Assembly (NCBI RefSeq): GCF_048593235.1
Contig: NC_133620.1
Location: forward strand, 30,072,852 to 30,136,851
DNA: 64,000 bases
From: Sminthopsis crassicaudata
Taxonomy: Eukaryota
Direction of reading: 5' to 3'
The position numbers and the translations under genes are program-made. How positions within the stretch are numbered: position 1 is the first letter of the stretch; every line of letters begins with the position of its first letter. Positions 1 through 11,085 of the stretch are shown piece after piece. Under the pieces are notes generated by a model, which had not been told where the DNA came from, did no database searches, and worked only from the letters and a program-made list of their open reading frames with translations.

Positions 1-696
1 ACGGAAGCCAGGCAGACGTGGAACCCTCCGTAGCACTACAGGATGGGTGAGGAGCCACAGCCGGCCTGAAACAGTCTGGACCGGCAGTCATCCTGAACAC
101 CGACTGTCGGGAAGCCAAGGACCTCAACATCCTGACCCTGTCCCCTATTTCTCATCCTCTGCAGAATTAGTCCTGGGGCCACAGGCTTGGAACCCCTTCC
201 TCCAACCTTTCTCTTCTTTTCTTGGGGGGGGGGGTAGTGAGGGCAGTGGAGCTGGTCCATGGGAGGGAGCTAGAGGGGCCACATAATAGGTTCTAAGAGC
301 TAGATCACAAGATCAAATGCATGGATAATCCCATTGTCATTGGGGACAGAGGGGGATTTTCTGGAAAAATCATGATGGGTGCCCGAGCCACCCTGAGGTT
401 TACAGAATTCTCATTTCTTGGACTCATCCTAATCTATTTTACTTTGTTCAATCCGATAGTTAGCCCACAGTAGGGGCTTAATATTTATTAATTGATGTTG
501 AATTGTGGTCAGGGCTGGATTGCAAGCCATGAAAATTCAGGGGGTGGGGGGTGGGAGTGAGGGGACAAGGGAAAATAGGCTAAGAACTTGTCAAAGGGCG
601 CCCTCTGCTGAGGGGTGGGGATAGTATAACCTTTGGGAAAGCCCGCACATGCTCACGGGATGCTCTGGCAAACCTACTTGGCTGGTGGAGGAGGGG

Positions 697-715
697 TAGT
701 GCCACCTGGTGGCCA
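697..715 (-). promoter_or_regulatory. CTCF motif
   Basis: Minus strand reads TGGCCACCAGGTGGCACTA, 17/19 to the recalled consensus TGGCCACCAGGGGGCGCTA. Confidence 0.7.
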
Positions 716-1158
716 AATTGCACGCTGATTTAATTATTTAGTTATTAAATGACAGCCCGCTTTTCTGTAGGTTTGCAAAAGAACATGAAAGTAGCCAGGC
801 ACATTAGCGGGTCTAAATTAAGTCTAAATGCAAGACTTCAAATACAGATCAAATACACAGATATTTGGCTTTGGCTTTTAAAATTGCTTTTCTCTTATTT
901 TCCTTCTTTTTTTTTGAGCCCATTGTGCAAATGTTTACAAAATTTAGCTAGAAAATTATTTCACTTTTTTGGTCGTGTTATTTTCCTAGGATGTCAGTGC
1001 AGACTGGCTGCCTGTGATGCAGGGATTCTGAGGAAAGAGGCACTCCAAGTCCAAATTTTGTCAGGGGATTTACTTACAGGAGGCCCCTGCTGAAGCACCT
1101 TTAAAGGGACATCAAGCAGCAGGGCAGAAGTCTGTAAAGGGGCTTGTTCTTAAGCTAC

Positions 1159-1245
1159 TGACGTGTTTTTACTAAAACACTCAAGTCGGAAGGAAGTTTC
1201 CGTATATATAAATGTCAGGCCCAGATGGAGCTGGCTCCTGAGTCA
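1159..1245. promoter_or_regulatory. TATA-containing promoter-like motif cluster
   Basis: TGACGT at 1159, CGGAAGGAAGTTTCCG at 1187-1202 (ETS/kappaB-like), TATATATAAA at 1203-1212, TGAGTCA (AP-1) at 1239-1245. Motifs only. Confidence 0.35.
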
Positions 1246-1261
1246 CACTTCATTCTTGACC

Positions 1262-1745
1262 CGCCAAAAATATTTTTTTCTTTTTACATTTTGAGCTCCA
1301 AATTCTATCTCCCCCTCCTGCCCCTCTCCCACCCACTAAGAAGACCAATAATATTATCTCTATTATATACATGGAAGTCATACAAACATACTTCCATATT
1401 TGATACTTTTTTTTAAAAGCAAAAGGATAAAGTGCGAAAATTATATTTCAATTTGTCTTCAGAGATCGTCAGTTCTCTATGTGGAAGTACACAGCATATT
1501 TTCACAGAGAGTACTTTGGAATTATCTTGCATCATTGTATGATCAGAGTTACCAAGCCTTTCTCAGTTGATCATTATTACAACATTGCTGTTACTGTACA
1601 CAATGATCTCCCACTTCTCACTTCACTTTGCATCAAGTCATCCAGATCTTACAGTTTTCTGAAACCATCCCCTTCATCATTTTCTACTGCAGTAGTATGC
1701 CATTTGTTCAGCCATTCTTCAATTGATAAGCATCCTGGGAAACTT
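1262..1745 (-). mobile_element. L1 3' end fragment (old)
   Basis: Reverse complement resembles marsupial L1 3' UTR and ORF2 end (gttgatcattattacaacattgctgttactgtacacaat; cagccattcttcaattgataagcatcc). Confidence 0.7.
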
Positions 1746-2989
1746 TTATGAGTTTCTTGCCCCTAGCTGAACCCACATCTGCTTTAACCTATATGATATT
1801 TATTCCTTTCCAGATCAGCTGTGAAATATTTCTCCTTTCTTCATTGGAGTTATTTTCCCATGTCAGGTTTTTGATATCTAAACATTTTACTTTTTTTTTC
1901 CTCTGGGAATTACCTCCTCCACAGCTTCCCAGTTCTACTTGGGCCAATTTGCAGTGGTGCTTTTTAGCATCTTTGTTTTCCTGTTCTGTGAGTGGGGTGT
2001 TCTTATGTGCCTGGCTGCTGATTTTCCCTTTATTTTATTCTATTTTTTTTATTTGTGGGGTACAATTTTAACGATCATTTGAACAAAATGCTGATGAATA
2101 TTGGGGAGGTTTTATGAAACTTTAAGAGGTTTTCTGATCCCAGTTTAATCTTGAAGAACTGCTGTTGAGTCCCCTGGAGATTGGGACCACTCCCTGATTC
2201 TATCCAGGTATGTAGTTTGGACAGGGTTCCATTCTCGGAGCCTTCATCTAATTAGTGGAATAAGATTCCTTGTTATCACCGTCTTTGCCTTGTTAAACTC
2301 CCCATCCTGGCATCTTGAGATCATTTTTCTTATGATTCATATTTAGTACTCTGCCAAAATAAGGGAGTAGAAATGAGTTCAATGTACATTATGGGTCAGG
2401 TTACTGACAACTTACTGACAACACTTACAAATACCATTAACAGAACGGGATTCAATAACTTAATTTGTAATTACCGGAATAATCTCTGGCAGGCTGATCA
2501 TTAAACTTCACCAGAACATAAGACTATCAGAGTTTATGGGATTGTTAAATAGGCATTTTGCATTTTACCCCGGCTCTTCACTAAGCCTTTTCCAGTTTTT
2601 GTCTTGTGGAAAAATGGATAGATTTGAGCCAATTCTGTCAAGGGATGCTTTGCTTTGTGTTATGTCTATTATATGTAATGATAATGTTGATGTGGTATGG
2701 TAAATGGCAACATGTATAATTATATGTGATGTTGGGGAAATTGTCTTGGGTTTCTTGGATATTAATGGTTATTATGACATTTCTGACATATTTTCCCCCA
2801 GCAACTTAAATTAATTTCAATTTACTTTTTCAAACTTTGGCCAAAAGGAGGAATATAAAAAAGCCTCGGAGGAGTTTGAAGAACCCTGAGAATTTTCACA
2901 GAGGAAATTGAGTCAGAAGTTTATTTAAAGCTGACAGAGGGTGAAATGAAAAGGATAAAGCTATTTGAGAGGAGGAAAAGAAATGGACC

Positions 2990-3175
2990 CATTAAATATC
3001 TATTATGTCCCACGTACTATGCTAAACAATTTACAGATGTGAACCCACTTGATTCTCACAACCCTGGGAAGTAGATCCTATTATTACCCACATTTTACAC
3101 TTGAGGAAACTGAAGCAAGATTGGGTAAGGGACTTGGTCAGGTTCACATGGCTGGCAAGTATATGTTTTCCTGAA
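2990..3175 (-). mobile_element. MIR SINE
   Basis: CORE segment cattttacacttgaggaaactgaagc in reverse orientation. Confidence 0.75.
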
Positions 3176-3439
3176 TTGGCCCTGAGAGGTGAAGAGAAAG
3201 GGGCAAGGTCATGACTGCAGACAATTAAATCAGATCTTCATTTCCCTTTTCTCCCATTGCCCTTGAGAAGGACTTCCAGCCACCCATTCTCCATTCAATT
3301 CTATTCCTTTCATGCATCTGGGCTCAGGAAAATGGAGGCTTGAAGCTCTCAGCAGGTCAGGCCATGATGATGCAGCTGTTTGTTGCTCTGTTACAGCTGC
3401 TGAACCCTGCACCCTCCCCACTTCTTTCCCTCCCACTCT

Positions 3440-3893
3440 TTTCTTAATCCTTTATAATCAAGTTTCTGACCTCATCATTTCTCCGAAGCGGCTCCCTCCA
3501 AAATTACTAACGCTGTCTTGCTGCCCTCACTCTCCTTGCCCTCTCTGAAGCCTCTGACACTGTTGATCATCTCTCCTCCTTGATTCCCTCTTCTCTCTGG
3601 GTTTTCAGTTGCCAATTTCCTCTCCTTATTCTTCTATGTCTCTGACCTCTTCTTCTCAGTCTACTTTGCTGGATATTTATTCAGGAAACTTCCACTAACT
3701 GTTGTGTCCCTCCGGGTCTCTTCTCTTCTCCCTCTAAATTATTTCACTTGATCTCATCAGCTCTCATAGAAGCAATGATCGTTTTTGGAATGAGGATTCT
3801 CAAATTTACTTTTCCAGTCATAATTTCTCCCAACTCCAGATTTTCATTGTCAAACTGGATATTCTACAGACATATTAAAAATTAACATTCCTC
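3440..3893 (+). mobile_element. L2 LINE, 5' part of an interrupted copy
   Basis: ctctgaagcctctgacactgttgatcatctctcctcc resembles the L2 RT LDLSAAFDTVDH region. Confidence 0.7.
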
Positions 3894-4663
3894 TAAAGAA
3901 CGAGATTATAAATAAATTAGAGGAACATAGGATAGTTTATCTCTCAGACTTGTGGAGGAGGAAGGAATTTGTGACCAAAGAAAAACTAGAGGTCATTATT
4001 GATCACCAAATAGAAAATTTTGATTGTATCAAATTAAAAAGCCTTTTTACAAACAAAACAATGCAGACAAGATTAGAAGGGAAGCAATAAACTGGGAAAA
4101 CATTTTTACAGTTAAAGGTTCTGAGAAAGGCCTCATTTCTAAAATATATAGAGAATTGACTCTAATTTATAAAAAATCAAGCCATTCTCCAATTGATAAA
4201 TGGTCAAAGGACATGAACAATTTTCAGATGATGAAATTGAAACTATTTCTATTCATATGAAAGAGTGTTCCAAATCACTATTGTTCAGAGAAATGCAAAT
4301 TAAGACAACTCTGAGATATCACTACACACCTGTCAAGACTGGCTAAGATGACAGGAAAAAATAAATCTGAATATTTGAGAGGATGCGGGAAAGCTGGGAC
4401 ACTGATGCATTGTTGGTGGAGTTGTGAACAAATCCAACCATTCTGGAGAACGATTTGGGACTATGCCTAAAAAGTTATCAAACTGTGCATACCCTTTGAT
4501 CCAGCAGTGTTACTCCTGGGCTTATATCCCAAAGAGATCTTAATGGAGGGAAAGGGACCTGTATGTGTCAAAATGTTTGTGGCAGCCCTCTTTGTAGTGG
4601 CCAGAAACTGGAAAATGAATGGATGCCCATCAATTGGAGAATGGTTGGGTAAATTGTGGTATA
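3894..4663 (+). mobile_element. Young L1 ORF2 C-terminal fragment, truncated at both ends
   Basis: Close to marsupial L1 ORF2 (SEKGLISKIYREL; KMFVAALFVVARNWK). No 3' UTR or poly(A). Confidence 0.9.
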
Positions 4664-5348
4664 CGAAAACTCTTCTTGACTTCACTCTGGTATCCCCTAG
4701 CTGTCCTATTACTCCCAAGGGTACCACCATCCTCCCAAGCTCCAAATCTAGCTGCCATCTTGACTCCTCTCTCTCCTTTGCTCCCATACACCGTCTGCTG
4801 CCGATTTTACCTTCACAATACCCTCAGCTTAGGAGCTTTTCTTTCTTCTAACACAGTTACCACCCTGAGCCAGCCCCTCATCTCCCCATTTCCAGACTAC
4901 TGTAGTCGCTCTGCCACAAACTCACCAGTTCATCCTCATTCAGCTGGCAAAGTCATCTTCCTTAAGCTTCTTAAAGTGTAAAACCCATGTCACCCCCCCA
5001 CACACATACACATAAGCCCAGTTGTTCCTTCTTGTCCCTGCAATAAATATAAAATTCTCTACCCTTCAGAACTTGCTCCCCCTTTCTTGTCTTCTTTCAC
5101 TTTACGCCCCTTTGCAGACACTAACTTCCTCGGATCTTCCTCACACAAGACCCTCCATCTCTAATTTTTCACTGACTGCCTCCTCCCCCGAATTCTCTCT
5201 TCCTCCTCCTCTTTGTCTTTGGGATTCCCTGATTTTCTCCCACTCTCAGCTAAAATCCTACTTTCTATAGCACTTTCCTGAGTCCTCTCGATTCTGGTGC
5301 CTTCCTTCTGAGACCTGCTCCAGTTTATCCTAAGTCCATATTGTTTGT
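4664..5348 (+). mobile_element. L2 LINE, 3' part resuming after the L1 insert
   Basis: ccatcctcccaagctccaaatctagctgccatcttgactcctctctctcc; the extreme tail tgcctggcacatagtaggcg reappears at ~6170-6205. Confidence 0.75.
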
Positions 5349-6207
5349 CAGGCAAGAGCCTGATAATGAGCCTCCTTCACGGGCATTTTCATAACCGGAC
5401 TGCTCATGAGCTGTTTTCCCTCTTATCTCTATTGAACAGAGCCTGATCAATGACAAGTGGGCTTCTTTCTTCTCTCTCTATGGGTAATTCTTGCTCAGGC
5501 GGCCTACTGCTGTTTCCGATGCCATTAACCTAGTAGCTGATAATCTGCTCAGGTGCTCAGGAGGGGACACCACCAGCTGCCTTTCTACTCTCATAAATGC
5601 TGTGCTGAAAGAAACTGGTTTTTTGGTGTGATGGACAACCCTCAGTGGGCCCTTGGTCCTTCCTTACCTTGGGATAACTGCAGGGGTCACAGTGATGCAT
5701 TTCTTTTTTAAAGAAAAGATGAAATATCCATCCAGTCCACGTCTTAAGAGTCTTGTGGATTCCTCCTCTTGAAATGTGAAGGGATGGGCCAGAGGGGTGA
5801 GGGGAGTTAATTTGAACCCATAACCGATGGTTCCACTACCTGCATTTGGATGGCTCCTTTCCTGAGTAGGTGATCAAGTAGCAGGTTTGAGGTGAGTGCA
5901 TCCAGACTTGAATCCAAGAGGTCTGGAGGTCCTGAATCTAATGTAAAGCTGGCTGGGGGCAAGAGGAAATGTCTACACCGGAGAAAATGGGTTGGACCAA
6001 GCCAGGCCATTTTTCCAGCAACATGTATAGGAGTTGTCTGGCAGTACAGAAACGAGGTGAAATGGGAAGGGACTGGCAATCTGACAAGCTGACCTTCTGA
6101 TAAGAGGCGAACAACAACCTCACAGCAAAACAGTAATTTTAAATCGAGTTACTAAATTATTTCTGGTTTATGCCTGGCACATAGTAGGCGTTTAATAATT
6201 GATGACT

Positions 6208-6353
6208 GAGGCAGTAGGTGGTGCAGTGATTAGAGCAACAGCCCTGAAGTCAGGAGGACTGGAGTTAAAATCTGTTCTCAGACACTTAGCACTTCCTGGC
6301 TATGTGACCCTGGGCAAGCCACTTAACCTCAACTGCCTCAGCAAAAAAAAAAA
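6208..6353 (+). mobile_element. WSINE1-like CORE-SINE
   Basis: tRNA-like A/B boxes, tgtgaccctgggcaag core and an A tail. Confidence 0.85.
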
Positions 6354-6419
6354 GACCCATGAGAACGGGAAGCTGCAGGTAGAAACTAAGCGTAGAGCGA
6401 GAACAAAAGTGAAGACAAT

Positions 6420-6575
6420 TAGAATTACCAATGGGAGGACTACCTTGGGAGAGAGGAAGTTCTCCATTATTGGAGGTTCCTCAAATAGAAGTTAGAGATG
6501 TTGTGGATGAGGTTTCTCAGTGGGGTAGAGCCTGGGCACATTGCCACTGAGATTCTCCTTCAGTCTTGAGTCGGG
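6420..6575 (+). mobile_element. L3/CR1 or MIR3 3' tail relic
   Basis: ggaagttctccattattggaggttcctcaaatagaag resembles the CR1-type 3' UTR. Confidence 0.4.
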
Positions 6576-7079
6576 GCCTCTGAGGAGGCAAAGGAAACCA
6601 TAGTCAGGGGACGGAGATGGGCAAGTCAAGAAGCTGCAGACTGTGAGTGGTCAAGGGTGGTCTGTGAGTGGGAGGGAAGGAGGAGGAAGAGTACAGACTT
6701 GTAGTTGTGCCTAGAAGGAGGCTTCTGAGGAGAGGAGCTGGGAGGGGACCAGGGGACCGCCTCGGAGAGCCCCACGGACGCTGACCAGGGCTGGCAGGCT
6801 GCAGAGAAAGCTGGAGTCACCTCCTAAAACCATGGTGTAATCTGGAACTCAAGGGTACTTCGAGAAGGAATTAGAAGGTTCTTATTTCTGTCTGGCCACA
6901 TTAAAAGCCCTCTCTTTTAGGAACAGGCCCAGGCCCTGGCTTTCTCTGTGCTCTCTCCTAACCATTCCTCTCAACCTTGGCTCTTGCTTCCCACATATGA
7001 AAGGGCTCTCTTCCCCTCCTCAGGGGTCCCGATCCCTTGGGAGAGCTTGTTGCTCATTAGAGGTACTTGATATGTGTTT

Positions 7080-10000
7080 CCTGGAGGGAGGTAGAGCCAA
7101 GATGGTGGAGAAAAGGCAGCAATTCATCTGTACTCTCCCCCAAAGTCTTCTGAACCCTTTAAATACCCAAAACCCCACCAACTTCTGGAACGGCAGAACC
7201 CAGAAATACTAAACTAAACTAAAGACAACGTAGAAGGTTCAGTAAGAAAGGTCTGTCACACCGGATGAGGGTACAGTGGTCCGACACGGGCTGCACCAGC
7301 CCAGCCCAGCAAACCAGGAGCAGGCCCTGGGAGCAGCAGCAATTGCTTCCATAGCTCTTAGCCCACAGACAGTAACAGCACTGAAAAACCAGCCAGCACC
7401 AAGGGAGAACTCAGGAGCTTTGCCCATAGCTGGATCCAGGTAGGAGGGAGGAGGAACACTAGCCCAACAGAGCCTGGGACCAAGTACTCTCCCCAGAGAA
7501 GGGTGTTTGTGGTCACTCACAGACCAGAGCACAGGTCAGAAGAGTAATAAGCACACCTCTCCTCAGAGCATCTCCCCTTAGAAGTGCTAAAAACTTATGG
7601 GTCCCTAGAAAGCAGCTGTACAAAACTCCTGCAGTTCCTGGAGGTGGAGCTCCACCTGAGCAAAGAGTGAAAAGTCAAAACTGAAAATATGAGGCAACAA
7701 CAGAAAAAATTCTGACTCAAAGTTACAAGGAAGATCAAAACACACACTCAGAAGAAAACAAAATCAAAGCTCTTACACCCAAAGCCTCCCCAAAATATGA
7801 ATTGGTCTCAGATCGTGGAAGAGCTCTGAAACGATTTTGAAAATTAAGAAAAATTGCAAAGAGAAATGAGTGATATAAAAAAAAAGAAAAAAGAATCAAC
7901 AACTTGGTTTAAAGGAGACACAAAAAAGACTTTTAAAATGGACAGACCAAATAGTAAAAGAAGTATAAAAAGTTAATAAAGAGAAATGCATTGAAAAGCA
8001 CAATTAGCCAAATGGGAAAAGAGGAACAAAAGCCCACCAAAGAAAATAATTCCTTAAAAATCAGAATTAAGTAAATAGAAGCTAATAATTTTATGAGAAA
8101 TCAAGAAACAACAAAACCAAAAGAATGGAAAAAAAAGAAGATAGTATGAAATATCTCACTAGAAACACCTGACCTGGAAAATAGATCCAGGAGAAAGAGT
8201 TTAAAAAATATTTGATTGCCTGAAAGCCATAATTAAAACAAACAAACAAAGAAAGGCCTAGTCATTATCTCTTAGGAAATTATCAAGGAAAACTGGCCTG
8301 ATATTCTAGAATCAGGTAGTAAAATGAAATCGAAAGAATCCACCAATCACCTCCTGAGATTCCAAAATGAGAACTCCCAGGAATATTGCAGTTGAATACC
8401 AGAGCTCCTAGGCTAGGGAGAAAATATTGCAAGCAGCCAGAAAGAAACAATTCTAGTATCTTTCAGCCACAGCCAAGATAACACAATATTTGGTAGCTTC
8501 TACATTAAAGAATCAGAGGACTTACAATATGACATTCGTAGGGCAAAAGAGCTAGGATTACAACCAAGAATACCCAGCAAAACTGAGTATAATCCTTCAG
8601 GGAGAAAAGTAGATATTCAATGAAATAGAGGGCTTTCAAGTATTCCTGATGAAAAGACCAGAGCCAAATAGAAAATTTTACTTTTAAATACAAGACTTAA
8701 AAAAAGCATAAATGGGAAAAGGAAATAATAAGGGACTTAATAAAGTTAAACTATATTACTACATGGGGAGATACTTGTAAGTCATAAATTACTAAAGTAA
8801 TTAAAAGGAGTATATATAGATAGATAGCACAGGTAAGGGTTGAATATAAAGGGATAATATCTAAAAGGGGGTGAGAAAGAAGAAAACACTGGGAGAAAGG
8901 GAAAAAAAGGTAGAATGAGGTAAGTTTTCTTACATAAAAGAAGCAAGAAAAAACTTTTATAGGAGCTGTAGAGTGCAGGGGAATGAGTGAAGCTTAATCT
9001 CATCAGAATTGACTCAAAGAGGAAATAACATGATCAATTGTATATAGAAATCTATCTCACTTTACAGGAAAATAGGAGGGGAAGGGGAGAAAAGAAAGAG
9101 GGGAGGGTGGTAGGAGGGCAGATTAGGGGATGGGGTAGTCAAAAACAAAACACTTTTGAGGAGGGTCAGGCTGAAAGAAAGAAGGGACAGAATAAAATAA
9201 ATGGAGTAGGGAGGGATAGAATAGAGGGAAATACAATTAGCAATTACTACCTAAAATCTTGAAGCATGTTTCACTAATAAAAGCCTCATTTCTCAAATAT
9301 ATAAAGAAACGAGTCAAATTTATAAAAATGAGAGCCATTCCCCAATTGATAAATGATCAAAAGATATGAACAGTTTTCAGATAAAGTAATCAAAGCTCTC
9401 TATTGCCATGTGAAAAAATGTTCTAACAATTGGAGAAATGTAAATTAAAACAATTCTGAGATAACTTACCTCATATCTATTAGATTGGTTAATAGGACAG
9501 AAAAGGAAAATGACAAGTATTGGAAGAAATGTGGGGAAAATCAGACATTAATGCACTACTGGCGGGGTTATCAAATGATTCAACCATTCTGGAGCGCAGT
9601 TTGGACCAATGCCCAAAGGGCTATTAAAACCATGAATACCCTTTGACCTAGCAATACTACTACTAGCTTTGTATCCAAAAAGAGATTTTAAAAAATAAAC
9701 AAAAGGGAAAAGGACCTGTATATACAAAAATATTTATAGCCGCTCTTTTCTGGTGGCAAAGAATTGGAAATGGAGACGATGGCCGTCAACTAGGAACGGC
9801 GGAACAAATTGTGGTATATACTGTGATGGAATACTAATGTGCTAGAAGAAAAGATGAGCAGAATGATCTCCAAAAAACCTGGACTTACACGGGTTGATGC
9901 AAAGGGCAAGGTACCGTGTATGAAGTAAAAGCAATATCGTAAGATGATCAGTTGTGAATGACTATTCTCCGCAATTCAGTGATCCAGGACAACTCTGAAG

Positions 10001-10275
10001 CACTTAGGATGAAAAATGCTCTCCCTATTCAGAGAGAGGACTGATGGAGCCTGAATACAGACAGAAGCATGCTTTTTTTTAACTTTATTTTTCTTGAGGG
10101 TTTTTTTTGGTCTATTTTCTTTTACAATATGACTAATATGGAAATATGCTTTGCATGACTACACATGTATAACCTATATTGAACTGCTTGCCTTCTCAAT
10201 GAGAATTTGGAACTCAAAGTTTTAAAAATGAACATTAAAAATGTTTTTTACATTTCATGGCAGAAAAATAAAATA
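7080..10275 (+). mobile_element. L1 with 5' UTR, decayed ORF1 and spacer joined to the ORF2 C-terminus and 3' UTR (internal deletion)
   Basis: Starts gagccaagatggtggag. ORF1-like A-rich sequence at ~7680-8700; after ~9250 the sequence jumps to aataaaagcctcatttctcaaatat (late ORF2). Confidence 0.8.
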
Positions 10276-10819
10276 CTGTATGTATTACATCATCTTTGTA
10301 ATGGGGAAGAGTGTGGGTAGTGATCCCATCAAGAGGCTCGACTGATGGGGTGTGGTGGGAGTGGGACCAAAGCAGACCCTTGACCCCTGACCACCAGGTA
10401 GCCGGGAGAGACTGTGGAGCCGATATTGGGTGGGGGAACTTTGGCCAGCCTCAGCCTGATTTTTTTGGTCATCTCCCCTTTCATTATCCTCCTCTGAAGA
10501 TGACATCCCAGGTTGAGAAGCCTCCCCATCCCCCAAGGTCACCATGTGCCTTCTAGTCAATACAGAGCTGGCTTCTTTGCCATCTCCCCATTTCATCATT
10601 CACATCATGTGGAGATGCAGTGGTACCTGATGGGGGGATTTTTGCAGCCAGTCCATCAACCAGGGCCCTGAGAAATAAGGAGCAACTTCCCTAAGTAACT
10701 TTCTGGACCCACGAATGGGAGAGCCCAGAGACTCACCTGGGATAAGGGTAAGCACATCTTTGTATTTTGGTGGGGAGCGTTTGTGTTTTTTTTATTGCTC
10801 TATCTTTGAAATATGTTTT

Positions 10820-11085
10820 CTCCATTTCCTGTCTTCCAATCCCATCTAAAAATCTCACCTTCTAGAGGAAGCCTTTTCCATGGATTTTAATTCTTGACTT
10901 CCCCCCAGTGCTTCTCCCCAATTTATCCTATACTTAGTTTTGTCCCTACCCATGCTACTCTCCCCTCAAACCCCCACTAAACCTCAAGTCACAAGAACTG
11001 TTTTTTTCGCCCCTTTCTTTGTAACTCCCCCCCCCCCCATGTTTAGCAAAGCACCTGGTACAGATACTAAATGCTTATTGACTTA
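10820..11085 (+). mobile_element. L2 3' tail
   Basis: Ends tttagcaaagcacctggtacagatactaaatgcttattgact. Confidence 0.55.

Noticed and set aside
1-170. Protein-like frame GPAVILNTDCREAKDLNILTLSPISHPLQN* and a GG|gtgagg donor at ~46
   Set aside because: Cut by the window edge, has an in-frame stop at 48-50 and no recognisable homologue; cannot be supported.
6208-6290. tRNA-like A and B boxes here and in the other SINE heads
   Set aside because: These are SINE internal Pol III promoters continuing into CORE sequence; they do not form a cloverleaf.
10648-10747. AG/GT-bounded plus-strand segment with a perfect minus-strand donor CAG|gtgagt at 10737
   Set aside because: All three frames contain stops and no partner exons are evident. 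About one perfect donor is expected by chance in 128 kb of strand sequence.
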